From a virus: a stretch of 34,480 nt of DNA. The stretch covers positions 1-34,480 of IMG/VR virus record IMGVR_UViG_3300028534_000010; one strand, 5' to 3'. Both the position numbers and the translations under genes were made by a program. The number at the start of each line of letters is the position of its first letter. The stretch's first letter is position 1. A model generated the notes under the pieces. That model was not told the origin of the DNA and did no database searches. It was given only the letters and a program-made list of their open reading frames with translations. Shown here piece after piece: positions 6,650 to 17,500 of this stretch.

Positions 6650-8414
6650 CTACCTGCTAAACTCTGCGGCAGAGATATTAAGACCGCCTGAAAAAATAAA
6701 AGGGTCAGAGTTTGTAAATAAGCATCTCTATGTTCAGACAGGGAAAGTAACGCTGTACCCGTGGCAGGAAGAGTGCTTAGATGTGTGCCTTGATGATGAA
6801 CATGAGGAAGTGATGTTCATGAAGCCGTCAAGGGTTGGGTACACAGAGGTTATAATTGGCGGTGTGATATTGTGGGCTATCGCACAAGACCCAAATAATA
6901 TATTGATAGCACAGCCAACAGACGATGAGGCGTATGGATATGCTGAGGACAATCTTACAAAACTTATTCAGGCAAACAAACTAATAAGTGACGCAATAAC
7001 AGCGACACCGATCATAGGCAAAAAGAAAAAAGAGAGAACGACAAAGAAGCTCTTTAAGGGAAACTATATAGAGGTTGTCGGAGCACATTCACCGAAGAAC
7101 TTCAGGAGGAGGTCTGCAAAATATCTAATAGCCGATGAAATAGGTGGTTGGGATATAGGAGCTGGCAAAGAGGGCGACCAGATAAAGCTGATGAAGCGGA
7201 GGGGTGCCGATTACTATGACATGAAGTTCATAAAGGGCTCTACTCCTACAGTCGAGGGGTGTAGGACTTGGAGTGAATATATAGCAGGCGATCAAAGAAA
7301 CAGGTACTACCACTGCCCTGAGTGTGGAGGTCTGCACAAGTGGGAGCTCAAACAGCTAAAATATGACATAATTGATGGTACGATACCTAAAAACAGCGTA
7401 AAGATGTCATGCTCAAACTGCGGTGCATTGTATGGTCAGGAACTTCAACACGAGCTTGACAAAGGCGGGGAGTGGATAAAAGAAAATCCAAATGCGATAT
7501 CAGTATCGTTTATGATAACTGGATTTATGTCACGGTCTCCTCAGTCCACATGGTGGCATATCGCACAGGCTATAGAGGACGCAAAAAAAGACCCAGAGCG
7601 TCTAATGCAGCCAGTTGTGAACACAATGATAGGTCTGCCATACACAGAGAAGCACAAATCAGAGGTATCAAAGAAATCATTAAGAGCAAAAAAAGAGCAC
7701 TATGAGCACGAAGTACCAGACGGTGCGAATGTACTAATTATGTCAGTAGATACACAAAATGACAGACTAGAATGGATTATAAATGGATATGGAGAGGATT
7801 ACGAAACATGGGCTGTAGACAGAGGTGTCATACACGGAGACCCCGCACAAAAAGAGCCGTGGATAACACTTGAGGATATATTTGACAACAAGAAATACTC
7901 ATCAAGTGACGGTGCAATGTCAATTTATGCGATGGGGATAGACTCTGGTGGTGGCAGGACATCCGATGTATATGGATTCTGTTACCCAAGGTTGCACAAG
8001 AGGATATACGCATTAAAAGGGGCATCACAGATAGATGCAGAGGAAGTATCGAGGAGGACAGTAAGAGATAAAGGCTCACGGTACTATGGAATGCCTTATA
8101 TAAGGGCAGGCGTAAACAGGGTAAAGGATATTGTATTTGTTGGTCTTAAAACGCCTGCTGGAAGATATGCTATCCATTTCCCTAGAAGCAGGAAGTTTGA
8201 TGATAGCTTTTTCGAGCAACTTACAACAGAGTATAAAGACGGTAAAGGCAGGTGGGTGAAGCGTTACGCAGGTGCAAGGAATGAGGGTATAGACTTGTTT
8301 GTGTATGGGCTTGTTACGCTTCAAGCAAGCGGTGCCGATGTGTCAATGGGAAGGTACATGGACGGAAGCACAGACAGTGAAGATGAGTTTATAGAACTTG
8401 ATGCAGGTTATTAA
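6633..8414 (+). CDS. Terminase large subunit, lambda gpA family
   Basis: 593 aa with YPWQEECLD, FMKPSRVGYTE, LIADEIGGW and the zinc ribbon YHCPECGG...CSNCGA typical of gpA-type terminases. Confidence 0.88.
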   Translation: MSLANSYLLNSAAEILRPPEKIKGSEFVNKHLYVQTGKVTLYPWQEECLDVCLDDEHEEVMFMKPSRVGYTEVIIGGVILWAIAQDPNNILIAQPTDDEAYGYAEDNLTKLIQANKLISDAITATPIIGKKKKERTTKKLFKGNYIEVVGAHSPKNFRRRSAKYLIADEIGGWDIGAGKEGDQIKLMKRRGADYYDMKFIKGSTPTVEGCRTWSEYIAGDQRNRYYHCPECGGLHKWELKQLKYDIIDGTIPKNSVKMSCSNCGALYGQELQHELDKGGEWIKENPNAISVSFMITGFMSRSPQSTWWHIAQAIEDAKKDPERLMQPVVNTMIGLPYTEKHKSEVSKKSLRAKKEHYEHEVPDGANVLIMSVDTQNDRLEWIINGYGEDYETWAVDRGVIHGDPAQKEPWITLEDIFDNKKYSSSDGAMSIYAMGIDSGGGRTSDVYGFCYPRLHKRIYALKGASQIDAEEVSRRTVRDKGSRYYGMPYIRAGVNRVKDIVFVGLKTPAGRYAIHFPRSRKFDDSFFEQLTTEYKDGKGRWVKRYAGARNEGIDLFVYGLVTLQASGADVSMGRYMDGSTDSEDEFIELDAGY

Positions 8415-8436
8415 TAAAAAAATGGTATAATTAGGC

Positions 8437-8682
8437 ATGGCTACAATAGATACAATGACGGACGAGGAAGTTGAAGAAGCCTTATCCGTAAAGCGTGACC
8501 CAAATAGACAATTGTTAAGACTCTACACGAGAAGAGACGAGATACTTGAAGCAGGAGAAGAATGGGCGAATGGCGATAAGAGAAGAAGAGACGCTGATCT
8601 TAAAACCGTTCAAGACCAGATCGCTATGCTTGAAAACTCTCTATTGCCGTGTATTGAGTTTTGTGAAGTGGAGGTAGAATAA
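8437..8682 (+). CDS. gpW-like head-tail joining protein (by size and position)
   Basis: 81 aa lying between TerL and the portal, as in lambda. A TAATG overlap joins it to the portal start. Confidence 0.45.
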   Translation: MATIDTMTDEEVEEALSVKRDPNRQLLRLYTRRDEILEAGEEWANGDKRRRDADLKTVQDQIAMLENSLLPCIEFCEVEVE

Positions 8683-10016
8683 TGGAAGTTGTAAACGATT
8701 CTGTATATACCTCCGAAGGGTACGAGTATCTGTCTCCACCGGATATTGCAGATTTAGAAAACATAGAAGCAATTCAGGCTACAAGCCAATGGATGGCACA
8801 TACTAATGCATTTGCCGCTGGTGCGATATCTACAAATGCAAACTCCACAATAGGTCGTGGGTTTAAACTACGATCTACAATAAACAGAGACTATCTTGGT
8901 CTCTCGGAAGAAGAGGCTCATCAAAAAAAGCAGGAGATAGAGAGACTGTTCAATATGTGGGCTTCATCTCCAAAAACAGACGCTACAGGTCACACGAATT
9001 TCAAACAGCTGCCTATGTTACTTTATAAGACATCTCTTGTTACAGGTGCATCTATCGCACTGTACCCAGAGACGGATGATGGGTGGTTGCAGGTAAAAAT
9101 ACTAAGCTCAACTCAAATAAACAGAGAAAAGGGGCTTAACGGTATTGAGTTCAAAGACGGAGCACCAGTAGCGTACCACATATACAAAAAACGAAAAGAA
9201 CTATACGAAGATGCAAAATCAGTTAAAATAAAGATGTATAGCGGGCTAAAGAGAAACGTAGTACACTATTTTGACAAAAAGATAGCAGGGCAGATAGACG
9301 GCATACCATATCTTTCAGCAGTGTTTGACACACTTAGGAAAATCAAAGACTATAGCCAAGCAGAGCTTGATGCAGCTATGCTGTCTGCGTTATTTGCAGT
9401 AGGTATAGTAAAAAAGGATGCAGGTGGTGTCTCTCTTAAGATGCCAGACGACAATACAATAAAGTTAAAAAAAGGCAACATGTTTAAACTACCTGCTGGA
9501 TATGAAGTAAGCACGATTGACCCATCTCACCCTAATAGCTCTTACCCAGAAGCGATGAGTGCTTTTATTACAGAGCTATGTATTGGTCTTGACATCCCAA
9601 AGGAAGTGTTCACAAAAGAGTTTAAGGCATCATACTCTGCATCAAGGGGTGCTGTCATAGAGGGTAGAAAGTCATTCAGGGTATCACGTAGTGGCGTAGA
9701 GATACAGTTTTTGTCTGAAACATATAAGAATTTCTTATTATGGTCAGTTTTGAATAACTATCTGGTACTGGATGGGTTTTTAGATGATGAGTTCGCACGA
9801 ATGGCATGGAGTTCGGCAGATTGGATAGGTGATATTGATGAAGAATTAGACCCACTAAAGGCGGCAAATGCTGCACAGAAGAGGGTTGATGGGTACTTCA
9901 CGACAGGGGACTTTGAGTCCAAGCAGATGTATGGGCTTGATTACGATGACAATATAGAGAGAAGAAACTCCGAATTGTCAAAAATAAACACAAAGGAGAT
10001 TGATGAGCAGGGGTAA
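8682..10016 (+). CDS. Portal protein (lambda gpB-type)
   Basis: 444 aa. Synteny follows A-W-B-C, and the start of the downstream protease overlaps it. Confidence 0.8.
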   Translation: MEVVNDSVYTSEGYEYLSPPDIADLENIEAIQATSQWMAHTNAFAAGAISTNANSTIGRGFKLRSTINRDYLGLSEEEAHQKKQEIERLFNMWASSPKTDATGHTNFKQLPMLLYKTSLVTGASIALYPETDDGWLQVKILSSTQINREKGLNGIEFKDGAPVAYHIYKKRKELYEDAKSVKIKMYSGLKRNVVHYFDKKIAGQIDGIPYLSAVFDTLRKIKDYSQAELDAAMLSALFAVGIVKKDAGGVSLKMPDDNTIKLKKGNMFKLPAGYEVSTIDPSHPNSSYPEAMSAFITELCIGLDIPKEVFTKEFKASYSASRGAVIEGRKSFRVSRSGVEIQFLSETYKNFLLWSVLNNYLVLDGFLDDEFARMAWSSADWIGDIDEELDPLKAANAAQKRVDGYFTTGDFESKQMYGLDYDDNIERRNSELSKINTKEIDEQG

Positions 10017-11118
10017 TTATGTAAGCAAAATGCTTGACGGGATGCTGTTTATGGCAGACCAACATACCGTAGATACTTTGGCAGAGTTTGTTAACAGCGG
10101 CATGAAAGTGTATGATGTTACGCAAGTAAGCGACAGTGTAGGGTATGAGGTTGTTGGCGGAACTGCCGTTATCTCAATTGATGGAGCAACGTCAAAAAAG
10201 ACGCGGCACGGTCTTTGTGGCTCTGTGTACGGGTACAATACAATCATGGAAAAGATTGCGTTGGCAGAGAATAATACAGCAGTTGATACTATTGTATTCA
10301 GGATAGACAGTAACGGAGGTGATGTTTATGGTGTAGATGACTTGGCAGCAGCGATACGAGCTATAGAGAAGAGGACAATAACTCTCTATGAGAATAGAGC
10401 ATTCTCGGCAGCGTTATATTATGGAACAGCGTCAGATGAAGTGTACGCCACAAAAGCGACCCAGTTAGGGTCTATAGGTGTTGTAGCAACTTTTAGGGAG
10501 GCAAAAGACGAAACGATTGCCGTTATGACCTCAAGGAGAGCTGACAACAAAGTATGTGATATGGCTGACAAATCATGCGTAGACAGATTGCAAGCAGAAA
10601 TCGATACTTACGAGCAGCACTTCTATGATGCTATTCATCTACATACTGGATTCACAGATGAGAGGATAGCAGAGGTTTTCGACAACGGTGGCTCAATCTT
10701 TGCAGAAAGAGCAAAAGCGGAGGGGTTTATTGACGGTATAACAACTTTCAATGACCTTATGGCAACTTTTGAATATAAAGGAGAAACAATGCCAAAAGAC
10801 GAGAAAAAAGAGCAGGTCAGCACGGCTGATATCGCTGCGAAGATTGCGGCAAATATCAACGCAATCCCCCCAACTATGAGAGCAGAGGAGTCGCTAATCG
10901 CATTAGCTTCAAACCCAGACACTACAGAAGATCAAATCAAAGCAGCACTCTGGGATATGAGCCAAGCAAAAAAAGCAGAGCAGAAAGAGCAATCTCTTGG
11001 TGAAAACAAGAAGATGCAGGAAGTCGAGACAGAGTCGCCAGAGAAGAACGCTGGCAAAGATGACGGGATAGAGTATGCCGCAGATGGCACAATTCTTTCT
11101 ATTAAAGTTGAGGAGTAA
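10000..11118 (+). CDS. S49 (SppA/ClpP-fold) prohead protease with a C-terminal scaffold-like domain
   Basis: VFRIDSNGGDVYGVDDLAAAIRAI plus GSIGVVA fit the S49 family. The C-terminal third is A/E/K-rich. Confidence 0.8.
   Translation: MMSRGNYVSKMLDGMLFMADQHTVDTLAEFVNSGMKVYDVTQVSDSVGYEVVGGTAVISIDGATSKKTRHGLCGSVYGYNTIMEKIALAENNTAVDTIVFRIDSNGGDVYGVDDLAAAIRAIEKRTITLYENRAFSAALYYGTASDEVYATKATQLGSIGVVATFREAKDETIAVMTSRRADNKVCDMADKSCVDRLQAEIDTYEQHFYDAIHLHTGFTDERIAEVFDNGGSIFAERAKAEGFIDGITTFNDLMATFEYKGETMPKDEKKEQVSTADIAAKIAANINAIPPTMRAEESLIALASNPDTTEDQIKAALWDMSQAKKAEQKEQSLGENKKMQEVETESPEKNAGKDDGIEYAADGTILSIKVEE
10789..11118 (+). CDS. Nested in-frame scaffold ORF (lambda Nu3-like arrangement)
   Basis: An in-frame ATG at 10789 is preceded by AAGGAG (10778-10783) at 5-nt spacing. 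It encodes the 109-aa A/E/K-rich C-terminus of the protease ORF. Confidence 0.45.
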   Translation: MPKDEKKEQVSTADIAAKIAANINAIPPTMRAEESLIALASNPDTTEDQIKAALWDMSQAKKAEQKEQSLGENKKMQEVETESPEKNAGKDDGIEYAADGTILSIKVEE

Positions 11119-11120
11119 AC

Positions 11121-12152
11121 ATGAGAGATATTCAATCAGTATGGAAAACAACACCACAGGAGCGTCTGCTTGGCATGGGGTTTTTGGCAAATCTGGCGTT
11201 CCCGCAGATGAAGAGACAAGACACTCCATTTGTTGAGCTGTTCAAGTACGCACAGAACGCAAAAGTTGCAACAGTGGTTCAAGATGGTGCAACTCCAGTA
11301 TTGCAGACGTACGAAACAGGAACGAATCAGGCTATCAAAATGCCTACAACTTCTGACAAGTTTAAGGTGAACACGGCAGAGATTTATCTTGAGCCAGAGT
11401 ATTCTGAATATCCATCAAATATCAAAGATGGTATTAGACTGATAGAGGCAGAACGCAGAAAGCGTGACCAACTGGCACTGGCAAACAGAAGATGGGTAGA
11501 GTCTATGGCTATCGGTTTTGTGTTTGGACACGGAGAGTTCACATATACTCCAGACGGTGGGTCTGCAATCACTATCAACTATGGGCTACTTGCAGAGCTA
11601 CAGTTCGATGTAGGTGCGGCTGACGACACATACTATTGGGGCGGGGCAAACGCAACTCCAGAAAAAGATGTGCAGACTGGAATCGATGCTATGATTGACA
11701 ATGGTGGCGTGCCTTATGCAATCGTAGGGCGACCTGAACTGGTAGAGGAGTTTATTGAGTCATTGCTAGAAAGCAAAAAGTACGACAGCAAAAACGCAGA
11801 GTATGGGACACTTTCACCTGATGCAATGATGGAATTTGTAGGCACAAAGGCAGGCACATTTGCAGGCGTTCAGATCTTCAAGTACAGCGGTGTAATTCCA
11901 GGAACTGGCAAGCTAGTACCAGCGGACAAAATCGCAATCGTAGGAAAGTCTGACGGTAACTCAAGAGTCGTAGGTAAAAACGAAGAGACATTCCCTACAT
12001 CAGCAAGTGGTCTAAGAGTAACAAGATCAGCAGACGGCATGATGTTCGCAGGGTATAGCATCGAAACAGCTAGATATATCGCTGGGTCTACAACTGCACT
12101 GCCAATCATTGGCGACACCAGTTCAGTGGCTACTATCAAAGTCAAGGCGTAA
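11121..12152 (+). CDS. Major capsid protein, lambda gpE-like
   Basis: 343 aa (gpE is 341 aa). It follows the protease/scaffold gene. Segments such as IFKYSGVIPGTGKLVPADKIAIVG parallel gpE VVYSGQYVENGVKKNFLPDNTMVLG. Confidence 0.8.
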   Translation: MRDIQSVWKTTPQERLLGMGFLANLAFPQMKRQDTPFVELFKYAQNAKVATVVQDGATPVLQTYETGTNQAIKMPTTSDKFKVNTAEIYLEPEYSEYPSNIKDGIRLIEAERRKRDQLALANRRWVESMAIGFVFGHGEFTYTPDGGSAITINYGLLAELQFDVGAADDTYYWGGANATPEKDVQTGIDAMIDNGGVPYAIVGRPELVEEFIESLLESKKYDSKNAEYGTLSPDAMMEFVGTKAGTFAGVQIFKYSGVIPGTGKLVPADKIAIVGKSDGNSRVVGKNEETFPTSASGLRVTRSADGMMFAGYSIETARYIAGSTTALPIIGDTSSVATIKVKA

Positions 12153-12154
12153 TC

Positions 12155-12304
12155 ATGAAGATTACGCTACTTAAAGCAGTAAAGGTCAATGATAAGTTCT
12201 TATTTGGTGATGTAGTTGTAGATGCAAAAATCGGTAAGAAGCTTATCGAATCAGGTGCAGCGAAAGCACCTGAAAAAGAGACAGCGAAAGCAGGAAAGAA
12301 GTAA
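12155..12304 (+). CDS. Hypothetical 49-aa protein after the capsid gene
   Basis: Encodes MKITLLKAVKVNDKFLFGDVVVDAKIGKKLIESGAAKAPEKETAKAGKK. It starts 2 nt after the capsid stop and has a TAATG overlap with the next gene. Confidence 0.5.
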   Translation: MKITLLKAVKVNDKFLFGDVVVDAKIGKKLIESGAAKAPEKETAKAGKK

Positions 12305-12582
12305 TGGAAGAGATACTTAAATCTTCATACGATCAGTTTGGCTTTGACTGGGATTTCTGCGGGAGCTCTGTCAAAGTTATGAGAGATGAAGGGTTTAGGT
12401 ACGATGATGACGCACTGGAATCATTCAAGGTCATTGCGTCATCTATCCAACTTCAAGATGGTGACATCGTGTGCAGAACACCAACTGACAGCAACGGAAG
12501 GCAGAGGAAGGTGATATCGTGGCAATATCACGGAAACAATGAAGAAGAGATTTTAATGGCGGTAGAGCATGGACGCGTATAA
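12304..12582 (+). CDS. Hypothetical protein (head-tail connector module by position)
   Basis: 92 aa with coupled starts and stops. Confidence 0.6.
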   Translation: MEEILKSSYDQFGFDWDFCGSSVKVMRDEGFRYDDDALESFKVIASSIQLQDGDIVCRTPTDSNGRQRKVISWQYHGNNEEEILMAVEHGRV

Positions 12583-12859
12583 GGCATCAATGGACTATAT
12601 TGTGTCCTATCTTTCAGGAATAGGTATTCAGTCAAACCCACTGCTTGTAGAGATTGATGACATTGGTGACGGTGTTATCGGTGTTGCAGTAGACACAAAA
12701 AGAGTCACAAGTGAAATGATAGATAATCTTATGATTACATTTAACGATAATGCAGAAAGCTTTGTCAGGTTTTTAGGCGGGTCTATCGTTCAATCTGGTG
12801 ATATGACAACACCGCTATTTATGTTAAAATTTGTAACATCAAAGGAGTGCTCATGGTAG
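12569..12859 (+). CDS. Hypothetical protein (head-tail connector module by position)
   Basis: 96 aa. It overlaps the upstream gene by 14 nt. Confidence 0.6.
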   Translation: MDAYKASMDYIVSYLSGIGIQSNPLLVEIDDIGDGVIGVAVDTKRVTSEMIDNLMITFNDNAESFVRFLGGSIVQSGDMTTPLFMLKFVTSKECSW

Positions 12860-12969
12860 AGCTAGTTAAAGGCAATGTTCGTATCACGGTGCGAAAACAG
12901 TCGGTACCTGCATTCAAAAAAGCAGGGTACAAAATTGTAAAGAAGGAGCCAAAAGATGGCAAAGGGTAA
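12853..12969 (+). CDS. Possible 38-aa basic protein
   Basis: AAGGAG at 12842-12847 lies 5 nt before the ATG. It encodes MVELVKGNVRITVRKQSVPAFKKAGYKIVKKEPKDGKG and overlaps both neighbouring genes. Confidence 0.4.
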   Translation: MVELVKGNVRITVRKQSVPAFKKAGYKIVKKEPKDGKG

Positions 12970-13909
12970 GATTTTTGTCCGTTCGGATATCGGAATCGAA
13001 GTAAAGGCACAGACTGAGCAAGGTACATACGTTGACCCTGATCAGATTCTATGTGTTGAGAGAGGCAAACTTGATGAACCAAAGATAGAAGTGAATGGAG
13101 ACACAGTAACGTGTACTACAGGAACAAGGATATCTTTCCTTGAGCAAGTAGATGGGTCAAAGGTAACATTTGCGATAGAAGCGGCATTGCCAGTAGGTTC
13201 AAAAATGGGAGGTCTAAAAGACCTTATCGCTGCGTGTGGCGTATCTGTAGGTGATGATGGTAGCGGAAATCCTACATTTGAACCTATTTTAGACGGTGTT
13301 CTTCCAGTGTCTGCTGAGTTCACAGAGAAACGTAGGACAACTAAAGTACGAGACGCTTATGGAAATGTGACAGCTTCATTCACGTCAGGCAAAATGGTAT
13401 ATATCAAGTGTGAGATGAGTGGTGTGCTAGAAGAAGATCCGACAGAGCTTGCTGCTGCCGATGCAGACAATGCTATCCCAAAGAACATTCTATCCCCTGA
13501 CACAGATATCGTCTGGATGGCTAGAAAGTGTGGCGTAGATATGGGAGGCACAACACTGTATCTGACAGAGGCATCATTCGACAACGGCGTATCATCTAAT
13601 GATGTAGACACAGCGTGCGGTGTTTTGCCAACAATGGAATATCTTGACCCGTCACTGTCACTGTCTTTTAGAGAGACAGAGGAAAATGAGGCATCATTCC
13701 AAGCTCTAAAGAACGGTACTGAGTTTGCAGTAACCATACCGCTCTACAAGAAAGACGGATCAGATGCAGGGTCATTCACTGCTTCAAAATGTGTAGCAGT
13801 CGAACCTGATGACAGAAGTGACGACAACGGATACAGAGCTGCTACAAGGAAGTTCCAACTGAGAGAAACTTCAGGGAATGACAACTATCTAGCAACGGTA
13901 AAGGGCTAA
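12956..13909 (+). CDS. Major tail tube protein (by position)
   Basis: 317 aa, immediately upstream of the G/GT chaperone pair and the tape measure gene. Confidence 0.6.
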   Translation: MAKGKIFVRSDIGIEVKAQTEQGTYVDPDQILCVERGKLDEPKIEVNGDTVTCTTGTRISFLEQVDGSKVTFAIEAALPVGSKMGGLKDLIAACGVSVGDDGSGNPTFEPILDGVLPVSAEFTEKRRTTKVRDAYGNVTASFTSGKMVYIKCEMSGVLEEDPTELAAADADNAIPKNILSPDTDIVWMARKCGVDMGGTTLYLTEASFDNGVSSNDVDTACGVLPTMEYLDPSLSLSFRETEENEASFQALKNGTEFAVTIPLYKKDGSDAGSFTASKCVAVEPDDRSDDNGYRAATRKFQLRETSGNDNYLATVKG

Positions 13910-13912
13910 CAG

Positions 13913-14338
13913 ATGAGTAAAGGAATTGGAATACCAATCACTATGACTCGCAATATCTACGGTGAGGAGATGGAATTTACCATCACCCCACTTAAAAGAA
14001 AAGACGCTGAAAAGCTTGATTCTAAGTCTGACAAAAAGTGCGACAAGGTGCAAAAAGAGCTACTTGAAATAAATGAGCTTATTTCAACATACGAAGGAGA
14101 GCTAACGCACGATGAAAGAGTTGAGCACAGAAAGCTTATTGGTCGAAGGAGAGAACTGATTTCGACAGATAATAAATGCAGAGAAGATGCAGAGAAAAAG
14201 TTTTCAATATTTCTGCATAAATTAATATCTCCAGCAGAGGCAGCAGATGCAATCGAGGAAAACGCTGGTGCAGAGACAGGAGTTATGTGGGCGATGAACG
14301 AGTATCAGGTAGAGCTGGGAAAGTTACAGCAGGAGTAG
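13913..14338 (+). CDS. Tail assembly chaperone, gpG-like
   Basis: 141 aa. It ends 5 codons after the G GGA AAG slippery heptamer. Confidence 0.8.
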   Translation: MSKGIGIPITMTRNIYGEEMEFTITPLKRKDAEKLDSKSDKKCDKVQKELLEINELISTYEGELTHDERVEHRKLIGRRRELISTDNKCREDAEKKFSIFLHKLISPAEAADAIEENAGAETGVMWAMNEYQVELGKLQQE

Positions 14339-14589
14339 CGGAGTATATCTCTGTCGTCCGCTCTGACGGCAGGCTTGACCCAGTAGATGACAGAGATTTT
14401 ATAGAGGCTACAATAGGAACAGACACAGCGAATCTGTTGTTAGACGCATATTCGCTTTCACGTCACCCAATGGGTGGGTGTGACAGTGTAGTAATTAAAG
14501 AATTTTCGATAGAATATGGTATAGGGTTTTTGCCACTAATGAGGGCAATAAATATGATAGAAGGGAGCATAGATGTCAAGGACAAGTAA
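13913..14589 (+). CDS. gpGT-like frameshift fusion chaperone, join(13913..14323,14323..14589), about 225 aa
   Basis: The -1 frame stays open from the slip site to 14589, and that ORF overlaps the tape measure start at 14573. Confidence 0.7.
14317..14323 (+). promoter_or_regulatory. -1 programmed ribosomal frameshift site GGGAAAG
   Basis: The zero-frame reading is ctG GGA AAG. The -1 frame (GGG AAA G..) is the frame of ORF 14287-14589. The heptamer is identical to the lambda G/GT site. Confidence 0.8.
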
Positions 14590-17500
14590 GATACAGTCTA
14601 TTGAGCTAAAAGTCTATGCAAATACCCGTGAAGTCAAGCGAATGCGGTCTGAATTTAGGGAACTAAAGACAGAAATACGCACGGCAAATGATGTTCAGAC
14701 GAGAATGGCAGCAGCGGCAATACCACAAATGAACAGATATGCATCCGCTACTGCAAGAGCAACAACACAAACAAAAAACCTAACGAATCAAATGGTACGC
14801 CATATTAGACAAGTAGAGTCTCTATTTGTTGCAGGGTATGGTCTATACAAACTATACACTGCAACTCTTGGCGTAGGACATGAGTACAATAAGCTTTTGG
14901 AGAACGAGGTGGCAGGTATGAAGATACTCGCTGTTCAAAATCTTAAAGATACTGACGCAATGGGAAGAAAGCTGACATTGCAGGAAAAATATAATATCGC
15001 ACAGGCAGAATCAATAAAAATGGTTGATTTGGCAAGGAAAATCAACCCAGAGACACCATACAACCTGTCCGACACAATAAAAACATACAAAGCTATATTC
15101 CCACAACTTATAAAATATAAAGCGACACTTGAAGATATTGCAGAAATAACAAAAAAGATGACCATATTAGGCAAGGCTAGAGGTCTTTCTATGGATCAAT
15201 TCATAAAAACAATAGATACTGCATTTAGTGGTCAAATGAAGCAGTCACAGATGCAGATGGCACTAGGAAGCGTAGGCATAACAAACGCAACAATAAAAGA
15301 GTGGCAAAAGAGTGGAACGCTTGTACAAAACGTATTGAAGTCACTTGAGCAGGTTGACTCAAAGATGGCAGGCATCACGATGACATGGGATACAGCAGTA
15401 TCTAATTTTGTAACAGTGTGGCAAAACCTTTGGTCAATAGTGCAGAAGCCGATATTTACTAATATAAAGAAAGATATAGTGTCATTCACGTCACTTTTGA
15501 GTGGGAGCGAAGAGTCCATTGCAGGATGGATATCAGGCATTTCTACATCTATATGGACTGCTGTAAAAGCTTTTGCAGTGTACAAAGTTGGCACACTGTC
15601 TATGCAGAGAGGCAATATGTCATTCGCGGCATCATCTTTGGCATTGCAGAGACAACTATACACAACTGGAAGAGCAGCAGAGTTCACTGGTAGCATGATG
15701 CAAGTTATGAGCTTTAAAGTCAAAGAGCTTGGAGCGGCATTGATTGCAGTCGGCAGAGCAAATCTACCACTACTTGCACTTACGGCAGTGTTTGAGGGGT
15801 GGGAGTATATCGCCAATAGGAACCGTGATGCTCAAGAGAGATTCAACACTGCAATAAACAAAACAACCGAAGAAATAAAGGCAATGACAGCAGCACAAAG
15901 AGCTGTTGCACTAAGAGATATAGAACTAGGGCTAAACAGAGAGATTGATAAATTAAATCATCTAAAACACCTAAAAGACAAAATCATCAAACAAGATGAG
16001 ATAAGAAGAAAAAAAGCAATCATGATTTATGGTGAAGAGAGGGTAGCTAGAGAGTTCAAAGAGAATACGGCAGCACTAACTTCAGCACAGGCAGAGCTAG
16101 ATGCTCAACAAAAAATAGTAGACAAGCTAAAAGAGCAAAAAGCACTATGGGAAGAGACAGACTTATCAATTCAGGGTGCTACATGGTCTGCAAAAGAGAT
16201 GTCAACAGAGCTGAATCAGTCGTCAATATACGCAAGCGGGATATCTGGCGGTGCAAACAATGCAAAAATATCAATCTCATCAGCTGCAAACGAAGCCGCA
16301 AGGCTGGCACAAAATCTCATGAATGCAGTAGCGGCACTCAATGGAGCATTACGAGGGCAGGCGGTACTTAAAGGCGTAATGAATCAGGCACAGGCAACCT
16401 ATGAAGGTCTGGCAGCAAAGATGAACTCTGCGAATGAGCCGCTGTCTAACATGAATTTGTCTGCTTTAGATATGGGCGGTGTAGCAGGTGATAAGCAAAG
16501 ACTGCACTATGCAGACGCTATTGCGAAAACAGAATCTGCAAAGCTTGAGATAATGAAACTGCAACAGCAGGTGTCACTTGATGGTATAAAGGCAGCAACA
16601 GATTACCAAATAGTCCAAATCCAAAACGAAGCACTAGAGAGACAAATCGCAGGTGACAAGCAAGCACAGCACGATGCAGCACTAAGAACAATAGAGGTTG
16701 AACGCCAAGCACTAATAGACAAAGCCTCTATAGATGCACAGTACAAAAACTCAATTCAGTACCAGACTGATTTGAATATGCTGAAACAGAGAGAGCTACA
16801 AGAGCAGCAGAAAATAAACAAAGAGATTGCAAAAGGAGGAGGCGGTTCCAAAAAAGCCTCCGCAGATGCGAAGAAAGCAGCAAAAGAAGCCAAAAAAGAG
16901 GCAGAGAAGTTCACTGGTGCATTTACTTCTCTCATAGACAAGATGCTATCAGGCGATTGGTCTAATCTATTTAAGGACTTTTTTTCATCAATATCTAAGA
17001 CACTAGCAAAGCCCTTCATAGACGACATATCTAAAAAGATGAGCTCTGTACTATCATCAATGATGAGCAGTCTTGGGAGTGGCGGTAGCTTTGTCGCTGC
17101 TATTGCTATACAGATAGGCTCTGCTATGCTTAACTCTCTATTCAATAGCACAGTATCTCAGGCAGAGATAGACGCGGCTAAAGGAAGAGACGATTGGAAT
17201 GACAAGTCACTTGCAAATCTAGGGGCGTTATTTGAGTCTGTAATGTACCCGCAATTGACCGCGACAAACAAGATGAGCAAGTACCTAAAATCTATAGACA
17301 GAAACACGGCAGCGTTTACCAGAGCACTTGTCGGCAAAGCGTCCACAGCAGGGATAGACCTAACAGGCGTGAACCATGTAGATACGCAAACGACTGGGTT
17401 TTTGGGGTTCAGCTCTAAGTCTGTTTCACTTATCGGCACTGGTCTGGCAATGGATCTGATGACGCTTGGCGATGCAATGGATTACACAACAATAAAAGCC

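Noticed and set aside
13357-17439. Several minus-strand ORFs (13357-13737, 15232-15816, 16756-17151, 17158-17439) inside the tail tube and tape measure genes
   Set aside because: They are antisense shadows of long, clearly coding plus-strand genes. Their composition is Ser/Ala/Ile-rich, and they show no coupling or ribosome-binding sites.
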